DNA from: Lentisphaeria bacterium UBA4640
GTDB lineage: Bacteria; Verrucomicrobiota; Lentisphaeria; Victivallales; UBA1829
Direction of reading: 5' to 3'
Length of the DNA: 64,000 nucleotides
Assembly (NCBI GenBank): GCA_002405835.1
Contig: DHMO01000045.1
Span: 34,062 to 98,061, forward strand
The notes beneath the pieces are model-generated. The model saw nothing but the letters and a program-made list of their open reading frames with translations, was not told where the DNA came from and did no database searches. Below, piece after piece: positions 18,240 through 27,759 of the stretch. Within the stretch, counting starts at the first letter, position 1; each line of letters starts with the position of its first letter. Position numbers and translations under genes: made by a program.

Positions 18240-18719
18240 ATGGCGAAGAACCAGAAAAACGAAAGCCGCAACGAGCTGGTTGCCCAGAACCGCAAGGCGC
18301 GTCACGACTATGAAATTATCGACTCCATTGAAGCCGGAGTCGAACTCGTGGGCACGGAAGTGAAAAGCTGCCGAGCCCATGCGGCGTCTCTGGGCGAGGC
18401 GTTCGCAAAGATCGAAAACGGACAGGTTTTCGTGTACAGCATGCATATCGCGCCGTATACGGAAGGCAACCGTTTCAATCATCAGCCGCTGCGCAAGCGG
18501 CGTCTGCTCCTTCACAAAAAGGAAATCCTGAAGATCGCGCAGAAGGTCAAGGAACGCGGCATCGCGCTCGTTCCCCTGAAGCTCTATCTGAAGGACGGCA
18601 AACGCGTCAAAATGGAACTCGGGCTCGCAAAGGGCAAAACGTTCGGCGACAAGCGCGAAACACTGCGCAAGCGTCAGGACGATCTTGACACCCGCCGTGC
18701 CGCCGGGCGCTATTCCTGA
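18240..18719 (+). CDS. smpB: SsrA-binding protein SmpB
   Basis: 159 aa. NRKARHDYEIIDSIEAGVELVGTEVKS and LLLHKKEI are SmpB hallmarks. Confidence 0.95.
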   Translation: MAKNQKNESRNELVAQNRKARHDYEIIDSIEAGVELVGTEVKSCRAHAASLGEAFAKIENGQVFVYSMHIAPYTEGNRFNHQPLRKRRLLLHKKEILKIAQKVKERGIALVPLKLYLKDGKRVKMELGLAKGKTFGDKRETLRKRQDDLDTRRAAGRYS

Positions 18720-18758
18720 TTTCCGCATCCGCGGGTTTTCTATAAAAGGATATTGTTC

Positions 18759-20174
18759 ATGAATATTCCAGGCATATCATTCGATCCGCGGAAAACCTGC
18801 GGAATGCCTCATGTACTCAAAGTTGCGTTCCCGCTGATTATGGCCGCGGCGGGACACGCGCTGAATCTTTTCTGCGACCGCATGATGCTCGGGCGTTACT
18901 CGGCGGAAGCGGTTGCGGCCTCCATGCCTTCCGGTCTTACCAACTTCACAATCTCCTGCTTCTTCGTCGGAACGGTCGGATATGTGAATTCCTTCGTCGC
19001 CCAGTACACCGGAGCTGGGCAGCGCGAGCGCGTGGGACTCTCCATCTGGCAGGCGATTCTGATTGCCGTCATCGGCGGTCTCTTCATGGCGACCGGCTGG
19101 TTCTGGGGACCGTGGCTGATGGAACAGTTCGGGCACGCCGATGCGGTCCTTGAGCAGGAAATCATCTACTTCAAACTCCTTTCGATTTTCGCATGGATTC
19201 CGCTGATCATCGGTGCGGTCAGCGCATTCTGGAGCGGACGCGGGCTGACGCTTACGATCATGATTGTGAATTTCATCATGGTCGGCAGCAACATTCCGCT
19301 GAATTATGCATTCATCTACGGAAACTGGGGCGCACCCGAGCTCGGCATCCGGGGGGCCGCATACGGAACGATTATTTCCGGTTTTCTGGGACTCGTTCTT
19401 CTTTGTGCGCTGCTGTTCCGGAAGGCAAACCGGGAGACTTACGGGACATGGCCGCCGAGGCTTGATTTGCCGCTTTTCAAGCGGATTCTGCGTTACGGCG
19501 CGCCAAACGGAGTTCAGCTGCTGCTGGAACTTTCCGCATTCAACATTTTCATCATCCTGCTCGGCAACGTCGGCGTTTCGCCGAATGAAAAGACGCGGAT
19601 TCAGGAGGCGACGACAATTGCGTTTTCGCTGAATTCCATAGCGTATATTCCGATGCTCGGGCTGGGGCAGACCATTTCGATTCTGGTCGGTCAGGCGGTC
19701 GGCGCGGGAACTCCGGCGGCGGCGAAACGGGCCGTTGCAAACGGAAACTTCCTGGTGATGATCTACATGTCGATCATGACGCTGGTATTCGTTTTCATGC
19801 CGGGACCGATGCTTTCGCTTTTCGAACGGGCAGGGGATGTCACACAGCTTCCGACGATGGAAATGGCGCGGACGTTTGTCTATTTCATTGCCGCGTTCAC
19901 TTTCTGCGACGGTGTGCAGATGCTTTATGTTTCCGCGATCAAAGGGGCGGGCGATACTGCATTTGCCATGTGGGGCAGCGCGATTCTTGCGTGGGTTCTC
20001 TGGATTATTCCGAGTCTGGTTGCTCGGTATTTCAATGCACCGGTCAACTTCTACTGGAGCGTTCTGGTGTTCTACACCTTCTTCATCGCGGCGGTGTTCT
20101 ACCTGCGGTTCCGTCAGGGAAAGTGGCGCAAAATGTGTGTCATCGAACGCAATTTTGTTCCGGTTCAGGAGTAA
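18759..20174 (+). CDS. MATE-family efflux transporter
   Basis: About 470 aa with a 12-TM pattern and an N-terminal motif typical of MATE/NorM proteins. ATG 18759 lies 8 nt after AAAGGA. Confidence 0.85.
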   Translation: MNIPGISFDPRKTCGMPHVLKVAFPLIMAAAGHALNLFCDRMMLGRYSAEAVAASMPSGLTNFTISCFFVGTVGYVNSFVAQYTGAGQRERVGLSIWQAILIAVIGGLFMATGWFWGPWLMEQFGHADAVLEQEIIYFKLLSIFAWIPLIIGAVSAFWSGRGLTLTIMIVNFIMVGSNIPLNYAFIYGNWGAPELGIRGAAYGTIISGFLGLVLLCALLFRKANRETYGTWPPRLDLPLFKRILRYGAPNGVQLLLELSAFNIFIILLGNVGVSPNEKTRIQEATTIAFSLNSIAYIPMLGLGQTISILVGQAVGAGTPAAAKRAVANGNFLVMIYMSIMTLVFVFMPGPMLSLFERAGDVTQLPTMEMARTFVYFIAAFTFCDGVQMLYVSAIKGAGDTAFAMWGSAILAWVLWIIPSLVARYFNAPVNFYWSVLVFYTFFIAAVFYLRFRQGKWRKMCVIERNFVPVQE

Positions 20175-20188
20175 AAAAAACGAAGATT

Positions 20189-20213
20189 CCCGCTTTACAT
20201 TTCTGAAAGCGGG
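20189..20213 (+). terminator. Possible terminator after the MATE gene
   Basis: The stem is CCCGCTTT / AAAGCGGG (8 bp) with a 9-nt loop. The downstream tract is only weakly T-rich. Confidence 0.4.
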
Positions 20214-20259
20214 GATATATTATTCCCGTAAACTTCTGTATAACATAAGGAACAGAAAG

Positions 20260-21333
20260 ATGAATCCAATCAAAGTCGGATTGTGGGGAATCGGAAGAGC
20301 CGGACACAACATGCACTGTTCGGAGATGGACCAGTATCCGGATCGTTTTCAGGTTGTCGCCGCATGCGACATTGACGAATCCAGAGTTCAGAATCTTGTG
20401 GAACGTTATCATTGCGCCGGGTATACCGACGGTGCGGCGTTTCTGAAAGATCCGAATATTGAGATGGTTTCGATTGCCGTCCGTTCGACTGAACATGTCG
20501 ATTATGCACTTCGCGCACTGAAAGCCGGGAAAATCGTTTTTCTGGAAAAGCCTTTTGCGCTTTCTCTCGACGGACTGAAGCTGCTGGAGCAGGCGGTGAA
20601 GGATTATCCGGGCAAACTCTATTTCCGTCACAACCGCCGTTTTGAAGCGGCGTTCAATCATATCCGCGAAATCATCGCGACCGGAATTCTGGGCGATGTT
20701 TTTGAAATAAAACTGCGCCGTCACAACTATCAAAGCCGCGAAGACTGGCAGACTCTGCTCAAATGCGGCGGCGGTCAGATCAACAACTGGGGACCGCACC
20801 TGATCGACCATTCTCTGCTTCTGCTGGAATCTCCGGTTGAGTCTATCTGGAGCGACTTCAAACATGTTTCCTCCAAAGGGGATGCGGAGGATCATATCAA
20901 GGTTGTTTTCCGCGGTCAGAACGGACGCATTGTCGATCTTGAAATCTCCAACTGTGTGCTGATTCCGGGCGACGTCTACTCCATTTTCGGAACGCGTGGA
21001 ACACTGGTCAGCCATGATGAATCCGAACTTCACATGAAGTATCTGGATCCGGAGAAGGAACTTCCGAAGACCCATTCCAGCGCCGGAACGCCTCCCTGGG
21101 ATGGCGGTTACGGCGATGCCGGATCCTGGCCGTGGATTGAGAAGACCATCAAGGTTGCACCTGCAAACGGATACAAGATGACGGAGATTTACCGTTATCT
21201 TTACGATGCAATCCGCAACGGAGTTCCGTTCCCGGTCAAGCCGGAAGAGGCGTTTGCCGTGGTCCGTGCAACGGCGGAAATCAAGCGTCAGAATCCGCAG
21301 TTCCCGATTGAACCGGACCGTTTTGAAAAATAA
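20260..21333 (+). CDS. Gfo/Idh/MocA-family oxidoreductase
   Basis: The start is MNPIKVGLWGIGRAGHN (Rossmann GxGxxG). The upstream extension of the ORF overlaps the MATE gene and is rejected. Confidence 0.85.
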   Translation: MNPIKVGLWGIGRAGHNMHCSEMDQYPDRFQVVAACDIDESRVQNLVERYHCAGYTDGAAFLKDPNIEMVSIAVRSTEHVDYALRALKAGKIVFLEKPFALSLDGLKLLEQAVKDYPGKLYFRHNRRFEAAFNHIREIIATGILGDVFEIKLRRHNYQSREDWQTLLKCGGGQINNWGPHLIDHSLLLLESPVESIWSDFKHVSSKGDAEDHIKVVFRGQNGRIVDLEISNCVLIPGDVYSIFGTRGTLVSHDESELHMKYLDPEKELPKTHSSAGTPPWDGGYGDAGSWPWIEKTIKVAPANGYKMTEIYRYLYDAIRNGVPFPVKPEEAFAVVRATAEIKRQNPQFPIEPDRFEK

Positions 21334-21356
21334 AAGAACGTTTTTCATTGAAAACA

Positions 21357-21395
21357 GAACCCCCGCAGTTTTTTCTTGCGGGGGTTCTGCTTTTT
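21357..21395. terminator. Bidirectional rho-independent terminator between convergent genes
   Basis: An 11-bp perfect stem, GAACCCCCGCA / TGCGGGGGTTC, is flanked by T-runs on both strands. Confidence 0.75.
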
Positions 21396-21413
21396 AAACT
21401 TCTGCCAGATGGA

Positions 21414-22154
21414 TTACAGCGGGCGGAGAGTTCTCAGATACTGGATGGATTTTTCAATCGCCGGAACCGGGGCTTTGTCCATTTCGTATTCGACGACGAA
21501 CCACTCGGTGCGTCCCTCGTTTTCGCCCCAGGAGAGGACTTTTTCCCACGGAATGTCATCTTCTCCGATGGCTGGCTCGTAGCCGGCTGCTTTGGAATAG
21601 GGTTTGAGGTGGAGGCTCTGATTGCGTCCTGCGTACTTTGTGAGAACCGCATAAGGATCGGCGCCGCCGCACATGCAGTTTCCGGTATCCAGCTGAAGAA
21701 TGACGCGCGGATCGGTGTTTTCCGCAACGATTTCCCACGGGATCTGTCCCTCGACCGGCTGGTGGTCATGGGCGTGGCTGTGGTAACCTGTGCGGACACC
21801 GTAGCGGATGAGCTTTTCGGCAACGGCATTCAGACGGTCGGCGAAGCGTTTCCAGTCATCGACTTTGTCGGACTTGTACCAGGGAACGCAGATGTATTTG
21901 TTGCCGACCGCGAGATTGCGGCGGAGGGTTGCATCGAAATCGTTTTCAAGCGCCTCGATTCCGGTGTGCCATCCGGCGCAGACGAGTCCGGTCTGGCGGA
22001 GGAGTGCGACATAAAGTTCCGTTTGGTAATGTGTTCCATAGAATTCGACGCCGTCGTATCCCGCATTTTTGATGATATTCATCGCCTGGAGCGGATTGTC
22101 CTCAAATATTTTGCGGAGAGAATACGCCTGAAGCGCTATCGGAAGCTGAATCAT
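21414..22154 (-). CDS. Sugar phosphate isomerase/epimerase (xylose isomerase-like TIM barrel)
   Basis: 246 aa. The N-terminus, LQAYSLRKIFEDNPLQAMNIIKNAGYDGVEFYG, is typical of the AP endonuclease 2 / xylose isomerase-like TIM-barrel family. Confidence 0.8.
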   Translation of the reverse strand: MIQLPIALQAYSLRKIFEDNPLQAMNIIKNAGYDGVEFYGTHYQTELYVALLRQTGLVCAGWHTGIEALENDFDATLRRNLAVGNKYICVPWYKSDKVDDWKRFADRLNAVAEKLIRYGVRTGYHSHAHDHQPVEGQIPWEIVAENTDPRVILQLDTGNCMCGGADPYAVLTKYAGRNQSLHLKPYSKAAGYEPAIGEDDIPWEKVLSWGENEGRTEWFVVEYEMDKAPVPAIEKSIQYLRTLRPL

Positions 22155-22232
22155 GAGAAAAACTCCTTTGTTTTAGGTTAAACGCTACTATACAGCCGGA
22201 AAGCAGGATTTCCAGTTGTTTTCAGAATTTTT

Positions 22233-23348
22233 TCAGCGGATTTGAAATCCGAGTTTCCGCAGAGTTTCGAACTGGTCTTCACGCAGAGGACTTGTCCGGT
22301 CTATGGTGAAGGCCGGGAATTCACGGCGGAGCGGATAGCTGCCGCGCTGTTTCTCGAATGTCTCCGGAGACTGTCTGAGACGCGCATCATCCTTCCGGAT
22401 GTCATAGGCGGAGGCGGCCGCTTCCGCAAGGGAATGAACCCGAAGAAGTGGCGCCGCCGGAACCGGAACTTCCGGATACCAGCCGAGAGCGTCCTCCAAT
22501 CCGAAAAATTCCGCAACCGTGCGGACGCTTGCCGCCGTTCCGTTGGCTTTGCCGTCAGCGGAATAACCTGCAATGTGGGGGGTGGCAAATTCAAGAAGAT
22601 TCATCAGTTCCAAATCAATTCCGGGCTCATGCTCCCAGACATCGAGTGCGGCGCCGCGGATGCCGCCGGAGCGGAGAGCTGATTTCAGGGCGTTGTTGTC
22701 CGTTACTTCCCCGCGTGAACTGTTGATGAGGAACGGCGTGCGTTTCAAACCTGCGAAGAACGGAGCATCGGCAAGATGAAATGTCCGGTCCGGACCGTCG
22801 CGCAGAAGCGGGACGTGAAAGGTGATGAAGTCGGCTTCCTCCTGGATCTGGCCGAGTGAAACGAATGCGGAGGAACCCTCTTTGTGTTCGCGCGGGGGGT
22901 CGTTGAGCAGAACGCGCATGCCGAGCGCTTCTGCGACTTTTGCGACGCGGGAGCCGACGTTCCCGACGCCGACAATTCCGATGGTTTTTCCGGCAAGCGG
23001 ATCATGTTTTGTCTCTTCATGGATCAGCAGGAGCGAGGCGATGTATTGAGCAACGGAGTCCGCGTTACAGCCCGGGGCGTTGCGCCAGAGAATGTTATGT
23101 GCGGCACAGTACGCGGCGTCAATATGATCGTACCCGATGGTCGCGGTCGCGATGAGCCGGACCGCGGTACCATCGAGCAGGTCGGCATTGCATTTTGTGC
23201 GGGTGCGGGTGATAAGGGCGTCCGCATTGCGCAGGTCGTCGCGCGTGATCGCTCCGCCGGGGAGACGGATGAGTTCGGTGAGCCGGGCAAGCGGGGATTC
23301 GGCAAGAAACGGAATCTTGTCGTCCGCAACAATTCGTATTTTTTTCAT
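22233..23348 (-). CDS. pdxB: 4-phosphoerythronate dehydrogenase PdxB
   Basis: A D-2-hydroxyacid dehydrogenase core (GIVGVGNVGSRV) is followed by the PdxB-specific C-terminal domain (YDIRKDDARLRQ...FEKQRGSYPLRREF, compare E. coli YDVRRDDAPLRK...FDKLRKNYLERREW). The start is at MKKIRIV; ATG 23363 is an alternative. Confidence 0.88.
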   Translation of the reverse strand: MKKIRIVADDKIPFLAESPLARLTELIRLPGGAITRDDLRNADALITRTRTKCNADLLDGTAVRLIATATIGYDHIDAAYCAAHNILWRNAPGCNADSVAQYIASLLLIHEETKHDPLAGKTIGIVGVGNVGSRVAKVAEALGMRVLLNDPPREHKEGSSAFVSLGQIQEEADFITFHVPLLRDGPDRTFHLADAPFFAGLKRTPFLINSSRGEVTDNNALKSALRSGGIRGAALDVWEHEPGIDLELMNLLEFATPHIAGYSADGKANGTAASVRTVAEFFGLEDALGWYPEVPVPAAPLLRVHSLAEAAASAYDIRKDDARLRQSPETFEKQRGSYPLRREFPAFTIDRTSPLREDQFETLRKLGFQIR

Positions 23349-23402
23349 GATAATCTGATCCATCCGGTTTGATTTTCTTTTTCTCATCGTGTATTGTACA
23401 GC

Positions 23403-23831
23403 ATGAAAACGAAAATTACCACTCTGTTCCTGCTTTTTTTTGCGATTTTGTCCTCGCATGGCGAAGATAAAACCGTTGTGCACCGCTATGCCCGTGAGGC
23501 GGACGGCATTTACAGCCGCACGATGGCGCGTATTGCCGAGGGCTGGATCGGGGCGCGCGAAAATTTTGATTTTGCCATGCAGACCGTGAAAGACAAAGCG
23601 GTCAATGCGGAGCGCGAGGCGCGCGGCCGCGCACGGCTGACCTATGAGAACGTCCGCGATGAAACTGTGCGCAAGACCCGCGAGCTTTCCGACGACATTC
23701 AGAAGGAGACGGTCCGCCGGACCCGGGAGATCTCTGAGAGTGCTCGCGAAAGCATCTCGAACGCCGGACGCCAGGTTTCCCGTCAATACCATGAAACCAG
23801 CGGGAAAATCCGCGAAAAGGTTCGGGAATGA
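23403..23831 (+). CDS. Small secreted coiled-coil protein with an internal repeat
   Basis: It has a signal peptide (MKTKITTLFLLFFAILSSHG) followed by charged helical sequence with repeated ETVR(K/R)TRE(L/I)S units. Its stop overlaps the next start (ATGA). Confidence 0.55.
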   Translation: MKTKITTLFLLFFAILSSHGEDKTVVHRYAREADGIYSRTMARIAEGWIGARENFDFAMQTVKDKAVNAEREARGRARLTYENVRDETVRKTRELSDDIQKETVRRTREISESARESISNAGRQVSRQYHETSGKIREKVRE

Positions 23832-25408
23832 CGAAAACTCTTATTTCCGGAGCGCGAATCATCGACGGTTCCGGTTCCCCCGCGTTTCCCGGCTCTGTCC
23901 TGATTGTGAACGACCGTATTCAGGCGGTTTCCCGGACGCCGCTTGCGGCTGACGATGCACGGGAAGTTGACGCCGCCGGTCTGGTGCTTGCTCCGGGATT
24001 CATTGATGTTCACGCTCATTCCGACCTCTCGATTCTTGCGGAACCCGAGGTCGTCGGAAAGATTTCGCAGGGAATTACGAGTGAACTTTCCGGCAATTGC
24101 GGGCTTTCCGCGTTTCCGATCCGCACGGCGGAGGTTCGTGAACATCTGGAAAAACTCTACCGCACTTACGGCGTTGCGCTGACATGGAGCGATTTCTCGT
24201 CTTATGCGGATGCCGTGACTGCCGCCCGTCCGGCAATCAATGTCGGCTTTCTCTGCGGACACAACACGCTTCGCGCGAATGTTTTCGGCTATGAAAACAC
24301 GCCCGGAACTTCCACCGGATGGGAGCGCGAGCGTGATCTTCTGACGGAGATGCTGGAGCAGGGGGCGCTGGGGTTTTCGACGGGACTGCTCTACACTCCC
24401 GGCAAGTTCGCTCCGCCGGAGGAGCTCCGGATTGTCGCTTCGGCTTTGCGTGGATTCGATGCTCCGTATGCAACGCATCTGCGGAGCGAAGGCGATGCGC
24501 TGATTGAATCGCTGGAGGAGGCTCTGGCAATCGCCCGCGCAGGTTCCGGACGTCTCCAGGTCAGTCATCTCAAAACGGCAAAGCCGCGGAACTGGCACAA
24601 GCTGGATGCGGCATTGTCTCTGATTGAATCGGCGCGGCGCGAAGGGCTCCGGGTTACAGCCGACCGCTATCCCTACACATTCGCGCAGACGAGTCTGAGC
24701 GTTGTTCTTCCGCCTCCTTATGACGGTATGACGGATGCGAAGATTCAGGAAACGCTTTCCGGTTCGCCGGAGGAAACGGAGCGTCTGACGGAGGAACTTG
24801 TCCGGATGAATCTCCGCTGGGAGACGGTGCTTCTCTGTTCAACGCGGGTTTCCGGAATGATGCAGCATGCCGGCTGTTCGTTTGCGGAGCTTTCGGAAAA
24901 CCTGCGCATGCCTCCGGAACGGATCTGCATGGATCTGCTCCGGAAGGATTCCGTCGGAACGATGGCGGCGTTCGGCGGACTCTCCCCGGAAAATCTCAGA
25001 CGGATTCTTTCGCAGGAATGGGTCTGCTGCGGAACGGATGAGACGGCGCGTCCGGTATCCGGCCGGATCGGACGGTGTCACCCGCGCGGATTCGGTTCGT
25101 TTCCGCGCTTCCTGAATCTCTGCCGCGCCGCGGGAATCCCTCTGGAAACGGCGGTTGCGCGCATGACGTCACTTCCCGCTTCGATATTTCATTTGAGCGG
25201 ACGCGGCCGAATCGCCCCGGGCTGTTTTGCCGATCTGATTCTTTTCTCTGAAACGGAATTCCGTGACTGCGCGGATTTCACTTCGCCGCATGCGCTTTCC
25301 GCCGGACTCAATGCCGTTTATGTGAACGGCAAACTTGCGTTTTCCGGCGGAAACGTCCTGAATCGCGCCGGACGGGTGCTTAAAGGGACGCCGCAATCAA
25401 GCCGATGA
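23828..25408 (+). CDS. N-acyl-D-amino-acid deacylase (D-aminoacylase) family amidohydrolase
   Basis: 526 aa. ARIIDGSG...PGFIDVHAHSD is the metal-binding motif typical of D-aminoacylases. Confidence 0.85.
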   Translation: MTKTLISGARIIDGSGSPAFPGSVLIVNDRIQAVSRTPLAADDAREVDAAGLVLAPGFIDVHAHSDLSILAEPEVVGKISQGITSELSGNCGLSAFPIRTAEVREHLEKLYRTYGVALTWSDFSSYADAVTAARPAINVGFLCGHNTLRANVFGYENTPGTSTGWERERDLLTEMLEQGALGFSTGLLYTPGKFAPPEELRIVASALRGFDAPYATHLRSEGDALIESLEEALAIARAGSGRLQVSHLKTAKPRNWHKLDAALSLIESARREGLRVTADRYPYTFAQTSLSVVLPPPYDGMTDAKIQETLSGSPEETERLTEELVRMNLRWETVLLCSTRVSGMMQHAGCSFAELSENLRMPPERICMDLLRKDSVGTMAAFGGLSPENLRRILSQEWVCCGTDETARPVSGRIGRCHPRGFGSFPRFLNLCRAAGIPLETAVARMTSLPASIFHLSGRGRIAPGCFADLILFSETEFRDCADFTSPHALSAGLNAVYVNGKLAFSGGNVLNRAGRVLKGTPQSSR

Positions 25409-26282
25409 CAATCAGAATGATTCCAAGCAGTTTGACTTTTCCGCACGGTTCTTTCAGAATGAACACACCCGCGAGTACGCCGAGCGGCAGACTCATCTGA
25501 CGGAATGCCTGAATATAACTGACGTTTGTCACGAGCGGCATGGCGAGCAGGATCAGCGCGTATGCGGAGGAGCTGAACACTCCGGTGATGTGCGGCCACG
25601 GCGTTTTGAGAAACAGCCGTTTGAACTCCGCGCGTTCCTGCTTCTGTGTCAGCACAAAGAGACCGAGCACGACCGCCAGTCCGCTTTCCACAAGAAACAG
25701 ATAGAACAGCGAGGAGACGAGCCGGGAGTCATGATTGTCCGGCAGTTCCTTCAGAATTTTTGCCGCTTCACTGTCAAAAATCGTGTAAACAGTGACGCCG
25801 GCTGCAATCAGGAGAACGAAGAAGAGGAGCGGCGTGCAGTAAGTTTTCCAGTGAAACTCACGGAAACTTTTGAGCGGCAGGAACAGACAGCCGATGGAGA
25901 TCAGCACCATTCCGCCCAGCGCGAGGGCATCCGGCATTTTGCCGAGTCCGAGTGAGATCGTCGCGACAGCCGTCAGCAGAACAGGGAGAGAGCGTCCGAG
26001 CGGATAAACGAGTGAGATATCCCCTCTCCGGTATCCGTAAGCGAGCCCGATGCAGTAGAGCATTTCCCCGAACCAGCTGAAAGCGAGAATCCACCAGAAT
26101 CTTCCCGGCAGGGCGGAACATGAGATCCCGGAATGCAGGAAGAATCCGAACCAGATCAGCGCCGCCGTGGCGCTCGACAGCATATAGAACGCCGCCGACG
26201 GCGTGTTCTTTTTGCTGATGAAGTTCCAGCCCGCATGGAGAAAGACGGAGACGAAGATCAGCAAAAATGCGGTCAGAGTCAT
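25380..26282 (-). CDS. EamA/DMT-family transporter
   Basis: 300 aa with a 10-TM pattern formed by two EamA-like halves. Confidence 0.8.
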   Translation of the reverse strand: MTLTAFLLIFVSVFLHAGWNFISKKNTPSAAFYMLSSATAALIWFGFFLHSGISCSALPGRFWWILAFSWFGEMLYCIGLAYGYRRGDISLVYPLGRSLPVLLTAVATISLGLGKMPDALALGGMVLISIGCLFLPLKSFREFHWKTYCTPLLFFVLLIAAGVTVYTIFDSEAAKILKELPDNHDSRLVSSLFYLFLVESGLAVVLGLFVLTQKQERAEFKRLFLKTPWPHITGVFSSSAYALILLAMPLVTNVSYIQAFRQMSLPLGVLAGVFILKEPCGKVKLLGIILIVIGLIAASL

Positions 26283-27631
26283 TTTTCAGTATCTCCGAAA
26301 GATTTGCGGCGGAATTCCTCCACGCGGTTGCCGAGCGCGTCAAGCGCGGTTTTCGCTTCGGGATTTCCCGCAAGAATCTCCTGCATGAGCGCGCCTTCCA
26401 CTGAGCAGAGACGGGTCTGCGCTGGAAAATAGTTTTCGACGAGGAACGCAATGTAGCGCACCAGACGGTAATCGGCGACGACGTTCGGGACTTTGTTGTA
26501 CATTACTTCAACGGCCGCGCACTTTCCGTTCCGCATGGCGTTGATCAGGTCGGGAAGTTCGCTTGACTTCGCGAGCACGACGGTGTAGTAGCGGAACGCC
26601 AACTGGTCGCAGTCGGTTCCGTGGGAGTCGCTGACTCCGGCGACGGGGAAGCTGTTGCCCTGTGCAGCCTCCTGATAGTAGCGCGCAATCTGACAGTTGT
26701 TGGAACGCCACTGGTCGTCGTAGAATCCGCCGATGACTTCAAAGATATCAAATTTTCTGCGTTTGAATATCGCATCGGATAGGAATGTGCTGATTTCATA
26801 TTTATGAGTCTGCCAGTACGGATGGCAGAACATGGCGAGTCCGCCGCCTTCGCGGATACGGTCGAACACCCATTCGCTGGAGGCGACAGGGAAACCGTTT
26901 TCGTTTTCCGGAATGAATCCGGCGGGGAAGGAGCGGAGGATTTTCTCAACCTCGTTCCGGTAGCGTTCCGGATCGCTCTTTGCAAGGTCGTTGACGCTGA
27001 ACGAACCGCCGAAGTTGATGATATGGACTTTGTTGTCCGGCGCGTGCACCTCTTCGCCGGGGAAGAGACGGAATCCGTTTTTCAGATCTTTCCAGTATTC
27101 GATGGCGCGAAGGGAAGGGGCGTAGCGGTGGTGGTCGGTCACTGCGATGAAATCAAATCCCTCTTCGCGGTAGCGCGCGGCAACGTATTCGGGAGCCTCG
27201 CGTCCGTCGGAGCAGACCGAGTGCAGATGAATGTCTCCGCGGTAGGGGCGCAGAGCCATGAGATCCGGCTTGAGGGAATAGACATTGAGATGAACATTGA
27301 CTTCATCGCGGGGGAGCCATTCGGAAGACTTTTCCCGTGCGGGGAGTTTGCGGATATGCAGAGTGATGTTGTGTTCCTGTTCACCTGCGCAGAAAATGCG
27401 GAGGAAAAGAGCCCCGTTGCGGACTTCGGCTGAGCGGACCGCGTTTTTTTCGCCTTCCGGCGAGTGGTTTCCGGCTTCGTTGAGCCCGTCGACCGGATGA
27501 TAGATGATTTCAATGTTTTCCACGGGCGGCAGCTGGGCGTGAGCTGCGCGCGGTGTGATGCGGATTTCCGAAACCTGACCGGCGGGGACAATGCGCGGGA
27601 AAACGTCGAAATAATCCGAAAAAGATTTCAT
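26279..27631 (-). CDS. PHP-domain (CehA/McbA-like) metallohydrolase with an N-terminal beta-rich domain
   Basis: 450 aa. GDIHLHSVCSDGREAP...FDFIAVTDHH is the PHP HxH...DH motif. Its stop overlaps the EamA gene start (ATGA). Confidence 0.7.
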   Translation of the reverse strand: MKSFSDYFDVFPRIVPAGQVSEIRITPRAAHAQLPPVENIEIIYHPVDGLNEAGNHSPEGEKNAVRSAEVRNGALFLRIFCAGEQEHNITLHIRKLPAREKSSEWLPRDEVNVHLNVYSLKPDLMALRPYRGDIHLHSVCSDGREAPEYVAARYREEGFDFIAVTDHHRYAPSLRAIEYWKDLKNGFRLFPGEEVHAPDNKVHIINFGGSFSVNDLAKSDPERYRNEVEKILRSFPAGFIPENENGFPVASSEWVFDRIREGGGLAMFCHPYWQTHKYEISTFLSDAIFKRRKFDIFEVIGGFYDDQWRSNNCQIARYYQEAAQGNSFPVAGVSDSHGTDCDQLAFRYYTVVLAKSSELPDLINAMRNGKCAAVEVMYNKVPNVVADYRLVRYIAFLVENYFPAQTRLCSVEGALMQEILAGNPEAKTALDALGNRVEEFRRKSFGDTEK

Positions 27632-27759
27632 TTCATTCTCCTTTTTTTGAAATGTCGCTTTTCTTTTACATGATGTGTGCTAATGTATCAGAGATTTTGC
27701 GTATTGCAACGGGAAAAACGAAAATAAATGATGTCGCTTTTTTACGACATGGAGGAAGC

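Noticed and set aside
18720-18758. Expected tmRNA (ssrA) gene next to smpB.
   Set aside because: Only 39 nt separate smpB from the MATE gene start, which is too short for tmRNA, and no tRNA-like acceptor sequence is visible.
19837-20259. N-terminal extension of the Gfo/Idh/MocA ORF (498-aa version).
   Set aside because: It overlaps the 3' third of the MATE transporter gene in another frame. The Rossmann fold begins at MNPIKVGLWGIG (ATG 20260), after the MATE stop and hairpin.
23349-23792. N-terminal extension of the pdxB ORF (519-aa version).
   Set aside because: PdxB homology starts at MKKIRIV. The extension overlaps the plus-strand secreted-protein gene and has shadow-frame composition.
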